Positions 20,362 to 31,307 of a DNA stretch of 64,000 nucleotides are shown piece after piece (positions within the stretch are counted from its first letter, which is position 1; each line of letters starts with the position of its first letter). This DNA is from an uncultured Planctomycetota bacterium (lineage in GTDB: Bacteria > Planctomycetota > Planctomycetia > Isosphaerales > Isosphaeraceae). The stretch covers positions 32,001 through 96,000 of the forward strand of contig CAWJTV010000049.1 in the NCBI GenBank assembly GCA_963845755.1. Direction: 5' to 3'. Below the pieces are notes generated by a model. That model was not told where the DNA came from. It did not search any database and saw only the letters and a list, made by a program, of their open reading frames with translations. The position numbers were made by a program, and so were the translations under genes.

Positions 20362-21624
20362 TCACGCGGCCGGTGAATATTGCCGTACCGACATGCCTGT
20401 CAGCCGCACGACCGCTGCTGTAGGAGTTTCCCACCGTTTGGTGATCGGAGGGCACGTCGCCTGTTTGAATGCTGCCAGGTTTCCTCTCGCTCGGTCGTTC
20501 GAAGGATTCAGTCTTATCGATATTTCGAATGATGCCTTCACGAATTCCGAGGGGAACCCTAACTCGGCCTGGCTGATCGCAACCCATTCTGTCAATTCGC
20601 TCTTTACCGAGTCCGGAGCCGTCATTCGCAACGCTCCCTCGCAGGTGGCAAGAGAGTCCTTGAACCGCCCGTTGATTAGATAATGGTGAGCGAGGCAGTA
20701 ATAGGGCAAGATCACCTGTGTCCCTTTCGCGACCGCACGTTCGAAGTCAGCGATCGCCCGAGGGCTCAACCCGTAGAGCAGTATCCCTCGTGCTACGAGC
20801 ATCCCGTCATTATTCGGGTCAACTTGCAACCCTCGCGAGTAATTATCGAGGGCCTTCTGATTGTGTCCCAACCGCTCATAGCTAATTCCCAGCAGACCGA
20901 AGGTCAGGCCGTAGATCGATGGATCCAAGTCCTCTTCGTCACCGGCTTCAATCCTGGTGATGTTCCATTCAAGTACGGAGATAAGCCGCCTGGACCAGGA
21001 CGCGGCCTCGGTTTCATTGGATTGGCGAAGAGCCTTCAGCATGATATCGCACGCCCTCGTCACAGCGAAGGGCGGATATACTTCCGCATCCTGAAGAATC
21101 ACTTCTGACCTTCTGCGAGCCTCCATCGGATCGACTACGTCCAGTGCATGTAAGTAAGAGGCGAGGTGGTGGCCGTTCTGGGGTTCAAGACTAGCGGCGT
21201 GTCCGAAGAACAGTGCTGCGGTCTCGGGGTCGCCAGCATGCAGCCAAATCAACCCTCTGAGAGAACTACCCGATGCTGGGGGGAGATGTTTACCCCAACG
21301 CCTCACGAGTTCCAGTGCACGGTCCCATTCGCCGCGGTCGCGCGCCTCCCATGCTTCAAATAGTTTTGTCTGGGCTTGAGGATTCGACTCATGGACTTCG
21401 CCGACAGGCTCGCTGATCGAGTAAAGATCTTCGGAAAGGCCGCGGGCCCTTTCACGCTCAGTCTCGGACAGCGCCTCCCAGGGGCCATCGGTCGCATCAC
21501 GCACCGCTTCGGCCTCAGGTGAGTCGTCCCTACCCTGCAGCGCGAGCAGGTGCAACTCGCGGATCCCTCGCACGAATGCGAGATAACTCGGGCTGAAAGT
21601 GAGCGGTTGCCGGTGCATGTTCAA
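20362..21624 (-). CDS. TPR-repeat protein with distinct helical N-terminal domain
   Basis: TPR motifs such as 'LGISYERLGHNQKALDNYSRGLQVDPNN', 'AIADFERAV', 'FEISIRLNPSNDRARGNL'; ATGA overlap with the upstream gene. Confidence 0.85.
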   Translation of the reverse strand: MNMHRQPLTFSPSYLAFVRGIRELHLLALQGRDDSPEAEAVRDATDGPWEALSETERERARGLSEDLYSISEPVGEVHESNPQAQTKLFEAWEARDRGEWDRALELVRRWGKHLPPASGSSLRGLIWLHAGDPETAALFFGHAASLEPQNGHHLASYLHALDVVDPMEARRRSEVILQDAEVYPPFAVTRACDIMLKALRQSNETEAASWSRRLISVLEWNITRIEAGDEEDLDPSIYGLTFGLLGISYERLGHNQKALDNYSRGLQVDPNNDGMLVARGILLYGLSPRAIADFERAVAKGTQVILPYYCLAHHYLINGRFKDSLATCEGALRMTAPDSVKSELTEWVAISQAELGFPSEFVKASFEISIRLNPSNDRARGNLAAFKQATCPPITKRWETPTAAVVRLTGMSVRQYSPAA

Positions 21625-22034
21625 TTCTCATCGATCTGCCAACTGGAGAGGGTGGCCGCCAAGTCATTCTGATACTGGGAGAGCGGGACGGTTTGAGCCG
21701 GAGCAATACATCCATGACTTGAACTGTCGGGAACCAATTCTAACCCTGGAGCGAAGTCTCCTGCCTGGAATGGACCCGTGCCGGAACGGAAGCAGAAGGT
21801 GTTATTCGAGCCCCGAGCGCCCCGTACCTTGTCGCGCAGCCGCTTGGGTATCCGCAAGAGGGAGATGTCGCGCCAGGCGGGAGATACCGACATCCCCTTT
21901 CCGTTCGCGATCACGTCACCTTGCCGGTCCAGGTCAACATCGGTTCCCGGCCTCACGCCAAGGCCGCTGGCGGTTTGCTCGACAGTGGGCAGGTCGTCCT
22001 CGTCCTTCTTCATCACCCGATAGACCAAGGGCAT
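21621..22034 (-). CDS. Tse2-like ADP-ribosyltransferase-fold protein
   Basis: VYRVM (R6), GMSVS (S49), SHGCIAP (H107), then 'VPLSQYQNDLAAT', a pattern recalled from the ADPRTs_Tse2 family. Confidence 0.7.
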   Translation of the reverse strand: MPLVYRVMKKDEDDLPTVEQTASGLGVRPGTDVDLDRQGDVIANGKGMSVSPAWRDISLLRIPKRLRDKVRGARGSNNTFCFRSGTGPFQAGDFAPGLELVPDSSSHGCIAPAQTVPLSQYQNDLAATLSSWQIDEN

Positions 22035-22379
22035 GTCAACTCCGCGATAGTTTGTCACGAATCGCTGTCATTATACCCACGGGGCGACAATCAAAGGAGG
22101 ACTTTCTTCTCACGTGTACGAGCGCCATCTTCACCAATCTCGCTCGGAAAGAAACATGGGACGGGAGTCGTGCTCACGCGAAGGTACCGCCGTCGAGGGA
22201 TCGCCGAGACCTTGTACAACTGTCGGTTTTCCGAGATAGTGAGGGGACATCAGGATCAGGTCCGGCCACGTGCTACCGGTGCGCTGTTCCACAATACTGC
22301 GGCGATAGCGGGCATTTCTCGATCTGCTGGAGCGCTGCGAAGTCGCGTCCTTCTTCGCTATCGGGCGGGAGATGAATCC

Positions 22380-24676
22380 ATGGTCCCCTACGAACTCGAT
22401 ACCGTCGATCGCGACCGTTTGCCCTGGGGACCAATCCCTATCGCGCAATGGCTGCTTGCGAGCCTCCTGGTGGTGCCATGGCTTGTCGGTTCGGCGTGGG
22501 GACAATTGGTGAGTTCCACATCGGCGCCCGCATGGACCGCCATCGGCCTGGGCGGTGGCGGGGCACTGTACACGCCTGCGATCTCCCCGGCCGATCCGAA
22601 GCGGATCCTGTTAGGCTGCGACATGAGTGGCGCTTACCGGTTGACCGACGGCGGCAAGAACTGGGAGATGATCCACTACCGGCATCTGATGGGTTCGACG
22701 ACCGTACGACCGGCGTGGCATCCCATCGACCCGGAGGTGGCCTTCGCCGTGAATGGCTGGCGCGGGTCGCTGAAGATGACGAAGGACGGCGGAAAAACCT
22801 GGGGCGACGTGCCGGGTGCCCCATCGTCCGTCAGCGCAATCGAGATCGACCCCGACTGTCCGGAACGGATGCTGCTCGGCACCCACCGCGGGATCGTCCG
22901 CTCGACCGACGGTGGCAAGAGCTGGGTCGAAGTCGGGACCGAGCGAGAGCGCGTGCTCGGCTTCCACTTCGATCGGACGAGCCCGGTCGAGAATCGGACC
23001 TGCTTCGCGGCCACTGGTCGGGGTATCTTGCGATCCGACGGTGGAGGAACCTCCTGGCGCGACGTCGGGGCGAAGTTTGCAACAGGACCGATCGTCTCCT
23101 TCTCGGGTGGGTCGAACCCCAAGGGTGGGGACTGCGTCCTCTATTGCTCGGTCGAGAGCCGTGAGAAACAGGGACAGATCACGGGCGGGATCTACCTATC
23201 CGACGATCGGGGCTCGACCTGGGCGGCGCGCGATGGGGCCGGGCATCGATCTGCGGACGGAACGAAGGAAGGGGCAGGAACCACAGCCCGCGCAGTACGA
23301 GTTCGTCCTGACCACGGATGTCGCTCCGTCACGGCTCTACGCCTCGCGCGGGTCGGACGGCTGCGTTTTCCGGAGCGACGATCGGGGCGCGACCTGGCGG
23401 AATGTCCTCATCCAGTCGATGAAGGCGCCCGGGTTCAATGTTGGCCCGAACTACCTCATCGACGAGCGAGGCGGCGGAGGTGATACTATCTCGGGCTTCG
23501 GCATCAACCCCGCGGACCCGGATAACCTGGTCGTTGCGGACTGGATGGACTGTTACATCACGGGAGACGGGGGGAAGAACTGGGAGACGGCCCACGCGGA
23601 GCGCCGAAGAGCCCGGTCGGCGCGGCAAGGGGATGCGCTGGATCCACACCGGGCTGGTTGTGACGACGGCTTGGAACTACTACCTCGACCCATTCGAGCC
23701 GAACCGGCATTACATCGCCTATACCGACATCGGTTACGCCCGATCCACCGATGCCGGCAAGACCTGGTACTGGCAAGACGGCAAACCCCTGCGCAACACG
23801 ACCTACGAACTGGCCTTCGACCCCGAGACGCCAGGTACGATCTGGGGAGCCTTCGCGGATCTCCACGATATCCCGAACAACAACGTCATCTCCGGCCGGC
23901 ATTACTTCGCGCGGGCGCCGGGGGGTGTCGGACTCAGTACGGACTTCGGCGTGACATGGAGAGACACCTCCCAGGGACTCCCGCGCAAGCCGATCACCTC
24001 CGTCGTCCTCGACCCGAAAAGCCCTAAGGCGAGTCGGACACTCTATACCTCCGTATTCGAGGGGGGCGTGTACAAGTCGATCGACGATGGGAAGAGCTGG
24101 TCCGAGTCATCGAACGGCCTCGGCGCGCCGGGGATCAACATGCGGGCCTGCCGGATCATCCTCCATCCCGACGGCACGCTCTTCTGCCTGGTGACCGCGC
24201 TTCGGAAGGACCGCAAGTACCTCGCCGACGGCCCCGGCCTTTATCGATCGAGAGATGGCGCCCGGACCTGGGAATGGATCAACCGGTCCCAGCCCCTCCT
24301 CTGGCCCAAGGACTACGACGTCGATCCGCGCGACAGCCAGGTCATCTACCTCGGTGCCGCGGATGCCGACAAGGCGGAAGGCGGCCTGTACAAGACGATA
24401 GACGGCGGAGCCAGTTGGTCCCGCGTCGCGCGGAAAGGTAGCGACTGTTTCGGCGCCACGGTCCATCCGCGCAAGCCGGACTGGATCTATCTCTGTATCG
24501 CCGAAGGGGACGACGGGCCCGGTCTCTGGCTGAGTCAGGACGCGGGCAAGAACTGGAAGGCCCTGGATGGCATGCCGTTCCGCAATGCCCAGCGCGTCAC
24601 CTTCGACCCCAGGGACGACGCGATCATCTACGTTTCGACCTTCGGCGGCAGCGTCTGGCGCGGGCCGGGGGAGTAG
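22380..24676 (+). CDS. Secreted BNR/Asp-box beta-propeller protein (VPS10/GH74-like); frameshifts near 23230 and 23605
   Basis: 'WTAIGLGGGGALYTPAISPADP...GCDMSGAYR' and many SxDGGxTW boxes across three ORF pieces; ends 'STFGGSVWRGP'. Confidence 0.85.
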
Positions 24677-24717
24677 GCGTGCTCGTTGCCAACTTCGCAC
24701 CAGGGGAGGTTACGGTC

Positions 24718-25922
24718 ATGTCTCGACGGCGGAGGCGCCTGTTTGGGCCGTTGTTCTATTCGACATTGGCCCTCGCGTTCCTCGCAACGGCGTATACGGG
24801 GGTCGTGACCATCGGGGGAGATCTCGTCCGGAAGGCCGAGGAACGGCAGCAGATGAAATCGATTGTCGGCATGCTACGGGACACGAACCCCAGCACGCGC
24901 GAGACGGGTGCGAAGCTTCTGATCACAAAAGGCCGAGAGGTCGCCCTGCCGTACCTGCTGGAGTCGGCCCGCGACCCGCACAGCAAGGCTCGGGCGCTGG
25001 CGTGCCAATCGCTGGTCCAGGAATACGCGGATCCGCGAGTCGTCATTCCGGTGCTGGCCGCTGCCGCAGACGATGATCGGGAAGAGGTCCGAATCGAGGT
25101 CGCTCGGGACTTGGGACGCGTGCACGCGTACGCCCGGTTGGTCGTCGCATCGAGCTCGGTCCCGACCGATTTGAAGTCGACCTGCATGACCGTCTTGATC
25201 CGCTTGCTCAAGGACCGGGCAGGCGAAGTACGGACTGCCGCCGCGGGGACGCTCGGAGACTTTGCCCCCGATCCGACGGCCGCTGCTGGACTCCTCGCAG
25301 CCACGCGCGATGCCGATCCCTCGGTTCGTTTTGTCGCGGCGTCTGCACTGTTAAAGTTCGAAGGGAGCGGGCATCGTTCGGCCATCCAGACGCTCCTCAC
25401 TCTGCTCGCCAACCCGGACACGGTTCCCGACCGCCGCGCGGTCCTCGACGTCTTGAATAAGGTCGGTGGCGCGGCCCAACACCAGGCCGTGACCACGCTC
25501 GCGGGGTTGCTCTCCCATGGCGAATCCACCGAGCCGCGGACGTGATCGACTGCATTCAGTCGGTCGGCCCCGGGGCGATGCCCGCCCTGCCTGTTCTCGA
25601 AGCTCAGTTGAGTGACGACGACCCCCTCATTCGCTACAACGCCGGACTGGCCGTGGTGGCGATACGTGGCAAGCAAGACCCCCGGTGCGTCGCGATCCTT
25701 GTCGGGATCATCATCGATGAACAGTTGCCAAGCGACTGGCGGACCAACGCCGTGGAGGCGCTCGGGCAGATCGTACCGGCGGCGCTGGCGAAGGCCACGC
25801 CGGGCCTGATCCGCCAGCTCGGTGATCCCAATCCAAATGTCCGACTTACCGCCCTCGCCTTACTGGAACAGATCGTTGGGACTATCCCCGCAGAGATGCC
25901 GAAACCGGTTGAAGGAAAATGA
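24718..25922 (+). CDS. HEAT-repeat protein with N-terminal TM anchor; probable frameshift near 25535
   Basis: Repeated 'DxDxxVRxxAAxAL' units in ORFs 24679-25545 and 25542-25922. Confidence 0.8.
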
Positions 25923-26124
25923 CGTTCAGGCCCAGAAGAGCGCCATTCATGGCCGGTCCCACGAACTTGCGGCGAGAGGAAGCCTATCGGGAACTCTGCT
26001 CGACGACCCATTTCAGGCTCCGCGACCTGCTTGACATCGTGGTCGCCATCCGTTATTTAGACGATTGTCTAATTAGATGGCGATTGAACCATTGAGGAGC
26101 CGGCCTCCACCGGGAGATTCGACG

Positions 26125-27931
26125 ATGAAGAGGTTCACGACGTGGCTGACGCTGGTATGGGTCGGTTTCGCGCCCGCGTGGGCAGTCGCCCAGGGCACCA
26201 AGGCCGCCACGAGCGAAGGTGTGGCAGGGAACTGGCAGGGAGTGTTGAAAGCGACGCCCCAGATCGAGCTGCGGATCACGCTCGAGATCGCGAAGGAGAA
26301 GGATGGGTCCCTCTCGGGGACATGGGGCAGTCCTGACGAGGCGATCACGAAGCAGTCGCTCGCGTCCATCGCGCTGAAGGACGGCTTCTTGACGTTCACC
26401 ACGAAGCACGGCGTGACCTACAAGGGAAAGCGGAACCCGACGGGAAGCGAGGTCGTCGGCGAGTGGACCCAGCGCGGAAAGAGCTATCCGATTACGTTCC
26501 AGCGGTTCGATCCGTCGAAGGTCGTCGTGGTGCCGATCCCCAAGGAACTGGAAGGCATCTGGGAGGGGAAGATCAAGGTCGCCGGCGGCATCGAACTACG
26601 GCTCGCGTTGAAGGTCGAGAAAGGAAAGGACGGAGCATTGAAGGCGGTGCTGGCCAGCCCCGACCAGGGCGTGAACAACATCCCCATCAGTGCGATCGGC
26701 CTGAAGGACGGCTCGTTGAGCTTCTCGAGCAAGATCATCGGGGCGAACTTCGCAGGGAAGCGAAACAAGGACGGTGCGGCCTTCGAGGGTCAGTTCGAGC
26801 AAGGCGGTCTCAGGTTGCCGTTGACGCTCAAGAAGACGGAGAAGCTCACCGAGGCGATCCGTCCCCAGACGCCGAAGCCTCCGTTCCCGTATCACGCAGA
26901 GGACGTCACCTATCAGAATGAGGCCGCCAAGGTGAAGCTGGCCGGCACGCTGACGCTCCCCGGGGGAAACGGTCCCTTTCCCGCGGTCATCCTCCTCACC
27001 GGGTCGGGAGCCCAGGATCGGGATGAGACGATCCTGGGCCACAAGCCGTTCCTCGTCCTGGCGGATTATCTGACGCGGCGCGGGGTAGCGGTCCTCCGCG
27101 TTGACGACCGCGGTGTCGGTGGCTCGACCGATGGGAGCGCGTCGACGACCACCGAGGATTTCGCGGGCGATGCCCTCGCGGGCGTTACCTTCCTGAAGCA
27201 TCGGGCGGAGATCGATCCCGCGAGGATCGGCCTGATCGGCCATAGTGAAGGAGGCTTGATCGCGCCGATCGCGGCAGCCCGGTCGAAGGATGTGGCGTTC
27301 ATCGTCATGATGGCCGGGACGGGTCTGCCCGGGGCCGAGATCCTCGAAGCCCAGGGGCGGCTCATCCTCAAGGCTAACGGGGCGTCGGACTCCGAGCTGA
27401 AGCTTCAGCGCGAAGCTCAGCGGCGGATCATCGATATCATCGCGGGCGAGAAGGACGAGAAGACCGCCCGGACGAAGCTCGCGGCGGCCATGAAAGACGT
27501 CCTCGCCGCAGTCCCCGAGTCGGAGAAGAAAGCCCTGGGCGATGTCGGCGGCGCCGCTCTCCGAGGCGGCCCTCGACCAGGTCAACAACGCCTGGTTCCG
27601 CACGTTCCTCACCTTCGATCCGCGGAACGTGTTGCGTAAAGTGCAGTGCCCCGTCCTGGCGATTAATGGGGAGAAGGACCTGCAAGTCCCTCCCAAGGAA
27701 AACCTCGCGGAGATCGAGAAGGCCCTCAAGGCCGGCGGGAATCCGGATGTGAAGACGGTCGAGCTCGCAGGGTTGAATCACCTCTTTCAGCCCTGCAAAA
27801 CCGGTTCTCCCAGCGAGTATGCCGCGATCGAGACGACCATGGCTCCCGAAGCACTCAAGACCATTGGGGATTGGATCGCCGAACACACGGCGGGAAGGTC
27901 AGACCGTGTTCGAACGACAAGCGACCGCTAA
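26125..27931 (+). CDS. Secreted alpha/beta hydrolase (S9/S15 peptidase-like) with duplicated N-terminal beta domains; frameshift near 27555
   Basis: Signal peptide; 'RPQTPKPPFPY', 'TGSGAQDRDE', nucleophile motif GHSEGG, 'GEKDLQV', 'LNHLFQ'. Confidence 0.9.
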
Positions 27932-27934
27932 CCC

Positions 27935-29423
27935 CAATACCGTTGAAATAGGCGCAAGCCACAGCCTCCTGTTACTTTGGGTTTACTCACGACCCAAGCA
28001 ACACGGAGGCCATGACTCGCATGCCGCACGGACATTGCACGCTGCCGCCCGATGCGTCGGGCCGGATCTTGGATCGCTTGGCGGGACTGGAACAGATTAT
28101 CTCGCCCGAGGCCGTTCGCCAAGTCCTCGCGGCCACCGGTAAAACCAATCAACGACGTTGCACACTGACCCACGAGATTGTTTGCTGGGTGGTCCTGGCC
28201 ATGGGGCTGTTGACCGACTTGCCGATCCGCCAAGTCTTCAAGCATGCACGCCGGCTCCGAGTCGGCGAGGAGAGTCCCCATCGATCCAGCCTGTGTGTGG
28301 CCCGGCAACGCCTGGGCATCGCGCCGGTCCGCCACCTGTTCGAGCACGTCGTTCATCCTCTGGCCCGGCCCGATACGCCCGGAGCCTTCTACCGCGGGTT
28401 CCGCCTGGTCGGCATCGATGGGACCGTCTACGATGTCCCCGACTCGGAGGCCAACGCCGCGGCCTTCGCGCGCCCTCGGCCGGGCCGCGCGGCGACGGCG
28501 CGTTCCCCCAAGTCCGCAAGCTGAGCCTGGTCGAATTGGGGACCCACATCGAACTGGCCTTCGTGGTCCGGTCGATCGCCCACGGCGAACCGTCGATGGT
28601 CGGCGGCTTGCTCCGCCATCTGACTCCGGAGATGCTCCTGTTGGAGGATCGCGGGTTTTTCAGCTATGACCACTGGAAAACGGCGATGTTGCGGGGCGTC
28701 CAGCTGTTGGCACGCGTGAAAAGCGGCTTGATCCTCAAGTCGATCCAAAACCTGGCGGATGGCTCGTACCTGGCCAAGATTTATCGGGGTTGCTACGACC
28801 GTCAGATCGATCGGGATGGGATCGTCGTCCGGGTGATCCGCTATACACTGGACGACCCGCAACGAGTCGGACACGGTGAAACTCATGTGCTGATCACGAA
28901 TCTCCTTGACGCGGAGCTTTATCCTGCTGAAGAATTGATTATTCTTTATCACGAGAGATGGGAACAGGAGTTGGTCTATGATGAGCAAAAGACCCATCAT
29001 GATCCGCGGCGGGCGACCAAGCCGGCACAGATGCGAAGCGAGACCCCGGCGGGGGTGATCCAGGAGATCTATGCGCTGTCGCTGGGTCATTTCGTGATCC
29101 GAGCCTTGATGGTTGCGGCCGCCGGGACCGTGGGGCTGGACCCGGATCGGCTGTCGTTTCTGGGGTGCTTCCAGATCCTCAAGTGCCGGTTGCCAGAATG
29201 CAACAGCTCGACCCCCGAGGCGTTCGAGGAGTGGTACCAGGGATTGTTGTGGGAGATGCAGGGGGAGCGCACCGATGACGAAATGCGGAGGAACCGGATC
29301 AATCCGCGAGTGATCAAGCGTAAAATGTCCAAGTGGAAAAAGAAACGATCCAAACATCGACACATTCCGCCCTTGAAGAAAACCTTTGCAGAGACAGTGG
29401 TTATGCTTCCTTAAACGGTATTG
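27935..29423 (+). mobile_element. IS4-family insertion sequence
   Basis: IRs CAATACCGTTGAA (from 27935) and TTAAACGGTATTG (to 29423), 12/13 match; imperfect 10-bp flanks CCGCTAACCC / GCCCTAACCC. Confidence 0.85.
28012..29414 (+). CDS. IS4-family transposase; frameshift near 28480
   Basis: 'ARQRLG', 'LVGIDGTVYDVPDSEAN', 'LLLEDRGFFSY', 'LYHERWEQELVYDEQK' (YREK-like), 'RNRINPRVIKRK'. Confidence 0.92.
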
Positions 29424-29426
29424 GCC

Positions 29427-31010
29427 CTAACCCCGAGGCCGAACGCGTCTCGCTGCGCCCTTGATGGCGGCCGCGATGGAGACCATCGCAAACAGGGCGA
29501 GCGTCCCGGGTTCGGGAGTATTCTGGGGGAGAACGATGGAAACCGGATTACCCCCGGTCGTATCGGGCGTACTTGTGGGGAGAACGGTAGGACTGGCCTG
29601 GATCGGCGGCAGTGCGGAGGAAGCGCTCAGCGGAATTGGTGCGACCAGAGGAATCGTCGCGGCCGTACTCGAGGTAAACGCAGTCGTCCCGCCGACGGCC
29701 GCATTGATCTGGCTGCTCGCCGAACCAGGAAGGGCGGAACCGTCTGTACCGCCCGACGTGCCCTGAGGACTCGCGGCCAGCGAGACCAGGCTTGCTGCGG
29801 CGGATTGGCTGGCCGGAGCCAACAGGCTACTCGAGCCGTCCGGGCCACCGGGCGCCGCGATCAAGGTCACCGTGGTCAACGTGGGACTGCCAGGATTCGT
29901 CGCGCCGACGGTCAACGAAGGTCCGATGTTGTTGCCCGGCGACGATGCCGGGTTGACCGTGCCGGTCGCCGAGAGGGCCGACCCTTGCCCGGATTGCCCC
30001 GCGACCGAGGCTGCGGAGCCCGCGGCCGTCGGGATCGCCGGAGCCGGTGCTGGCAGGGTGGTCGAGGAGGTGACTGATTGGGGAACCGAGGTCCCGGAGC
30101 CGGTCATCGGTCCCGCGGTGCTTGGAGATAGCGCCGGCGAAACACCGGCATTGGTCGAGGTAAAAGCAGGCGCTTGACTGAATGAAGCAGTGTTCGGAAT
30201 CGGGGACGTTCCGGTCCCGGGTGCCGCCGCGCCCTGGGCGGAAGGCGCCGACGTGGCACTTCCGGCTTGAGGTGGCACCGCCGCCGCAGTCTGGTTCGTC
30301 GGGACCGTTGTTGTTGTAGAACTCTGGGGTATCGATGAGGTGGAGCTTGCCGAGGATGTGGTGGATCCCAACGGAGACGAGCTGGGATTCAGGTTGGAGA
30401 CGCCACCAACTGGCGGCGTGATCCTGCCTTGACCGGCCGTATCCGGAACGATCGTCCCCGTTGCACGGTGCTCGGGATGCGCGACCGCCGAGACCGGATC
30501 GGAAGAGGCCGTTCCAGAGACCTGGCCGGCGCCAGGAGGTATCGACAGGTTGGCCACGGCCGGAGTCGCCCGATCGCCCGATACGGTTGGTCGCTCGGGG
30601 GACCGTCCGAGTGAGTTCGACCGAGTCTCCAGGGGGTTCGGAACTGCGGGTGAACTGTTGACCGGCGCGGACATCGAGGTGTTCTTGGCGCCCGGGGCAT
30701 CGGCCGGGCCCGAAGCGTCGACAGGCCCAATTCCCGTCGAGAAAGTTGCCAGATCTTGCGGCAGAACGCCTAAGACTCCGCTCGACGATTGGTGGACAGG
30801 AAGCGTCACACCAGACATTTCCTGACCCACGGCTGTGAGCAAGCGGGCTGTCAGGCCGCCACGGGTATCCCCCGGCGAGTCGCCGCTCCCGTGTCGGAAA
30901 GTCCCGCTCGCAGCCGTGATGATCGGCCCGGCCAGGGCCCCGGAAATCGGCCAGCAAAGGATCCCGATCAGAAGCAGTCCGAATCGGGTGGAAAACAGGG
31001 TGCGCGGCAT
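29427..31010 (-). CDS. Ser/Thr/Pro/Ala-rich PEP-CTERM surface protein
   Basis: Signal peptide ending ALA-GPI; long low-complexity body; C-terminal TPEPGTLALFAMVSIAAAIKGAARRVRPRG; AGGAGG RBS. Confidence 0.85.
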   Translation of the reverse strand: MPRTLFSTRFGLLLIGILCWPISGALAGPIITAASGTFRHGSGDSPGDTRGGLTARLLTAVGQEMSGVTLPVHQSSSGVLGVLPQDLATFSTGIGPVDASGPADAPGAKNTSMSAPVNSSPAVPNPLETRSNSLGRSPERPTVSGDRATPAVANLSIPPGAGQVSGTASSDPVSAVAHPEHRATGTIVPDTAGQGRITPPVGGVSNLNPSSSPLGSTTSSASSTSSIPQSSTTTTVPTNQTAAAVPPQAGSATSAPSAQGAAAPGTGTSPIPNTASFSQAPAFTSTNAGVSPALSPSTAGPMTGSGTSVPQSVTSSTTLPAPAPAIPTAAGSAASVAGQSGQGSALSATGTVNPASSPGNNIGPSLTVGATNPGSPTLTTVTLIAAPGGPDGSSSLLAPASQSAAASLVSLAASPQGTSGGTDGSALPGSASSQINAAVGGTTAFTSSTAATIPLVAPIPLSASSALPPIQASPTVLPTSTPDTTGGNPVSIVLPQNTPEPGTLALFAMVSIAAAIKGAARRVRPRG

Positions 31011-31307
31011 CACATCGACCTCCTGGTGTGATGGCAACGGCTGAGGGCGGCTCGAGTCAAGCCAGGCGACATCCGTGTGCCCATACTCATGGGTGCGTGA
31101 GCGAATCGCGAGATGTTGACTCGAAGGTGCTGCTGGAAGTGTAGGCTCTTCGGGCGTCCCTGTCAATCAAAGAATACCCAAGTAGCGATTTTCTGACATG
31201 TCGGCTTTCGCGCAGGATCCCGTTGACGAACGGATGGATTCGTGCCGGCTTGAATCGCACAGTGCACGACATAGTCGAACTGGCCATCCGGGATTTCGCG
31301 TTTTTTT

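Noticed and set aside
21921..22379. Long N-terminal extension of the BNR protein from the ORF track
   Set aside because: Overlaps the Tse2-like gene on the other strand; a signal-peptide-like segment appears only after ATG 22380
28428..28524. Programmed ribosomal frameshifting in the transposases
   Set aside because: No slippery A-rich heptamer at the breaks, IS4/IS701 transposases are normally single ORFs, and frameshifts are equally common in housekeeping genes
31011..31300. Sigma-54 promoter upstream of the PEP-CTERM gene
   Set aside because: A GGCACG is present on the minus strand near 31241-31247 but no correctly spaced TTGC -12 element
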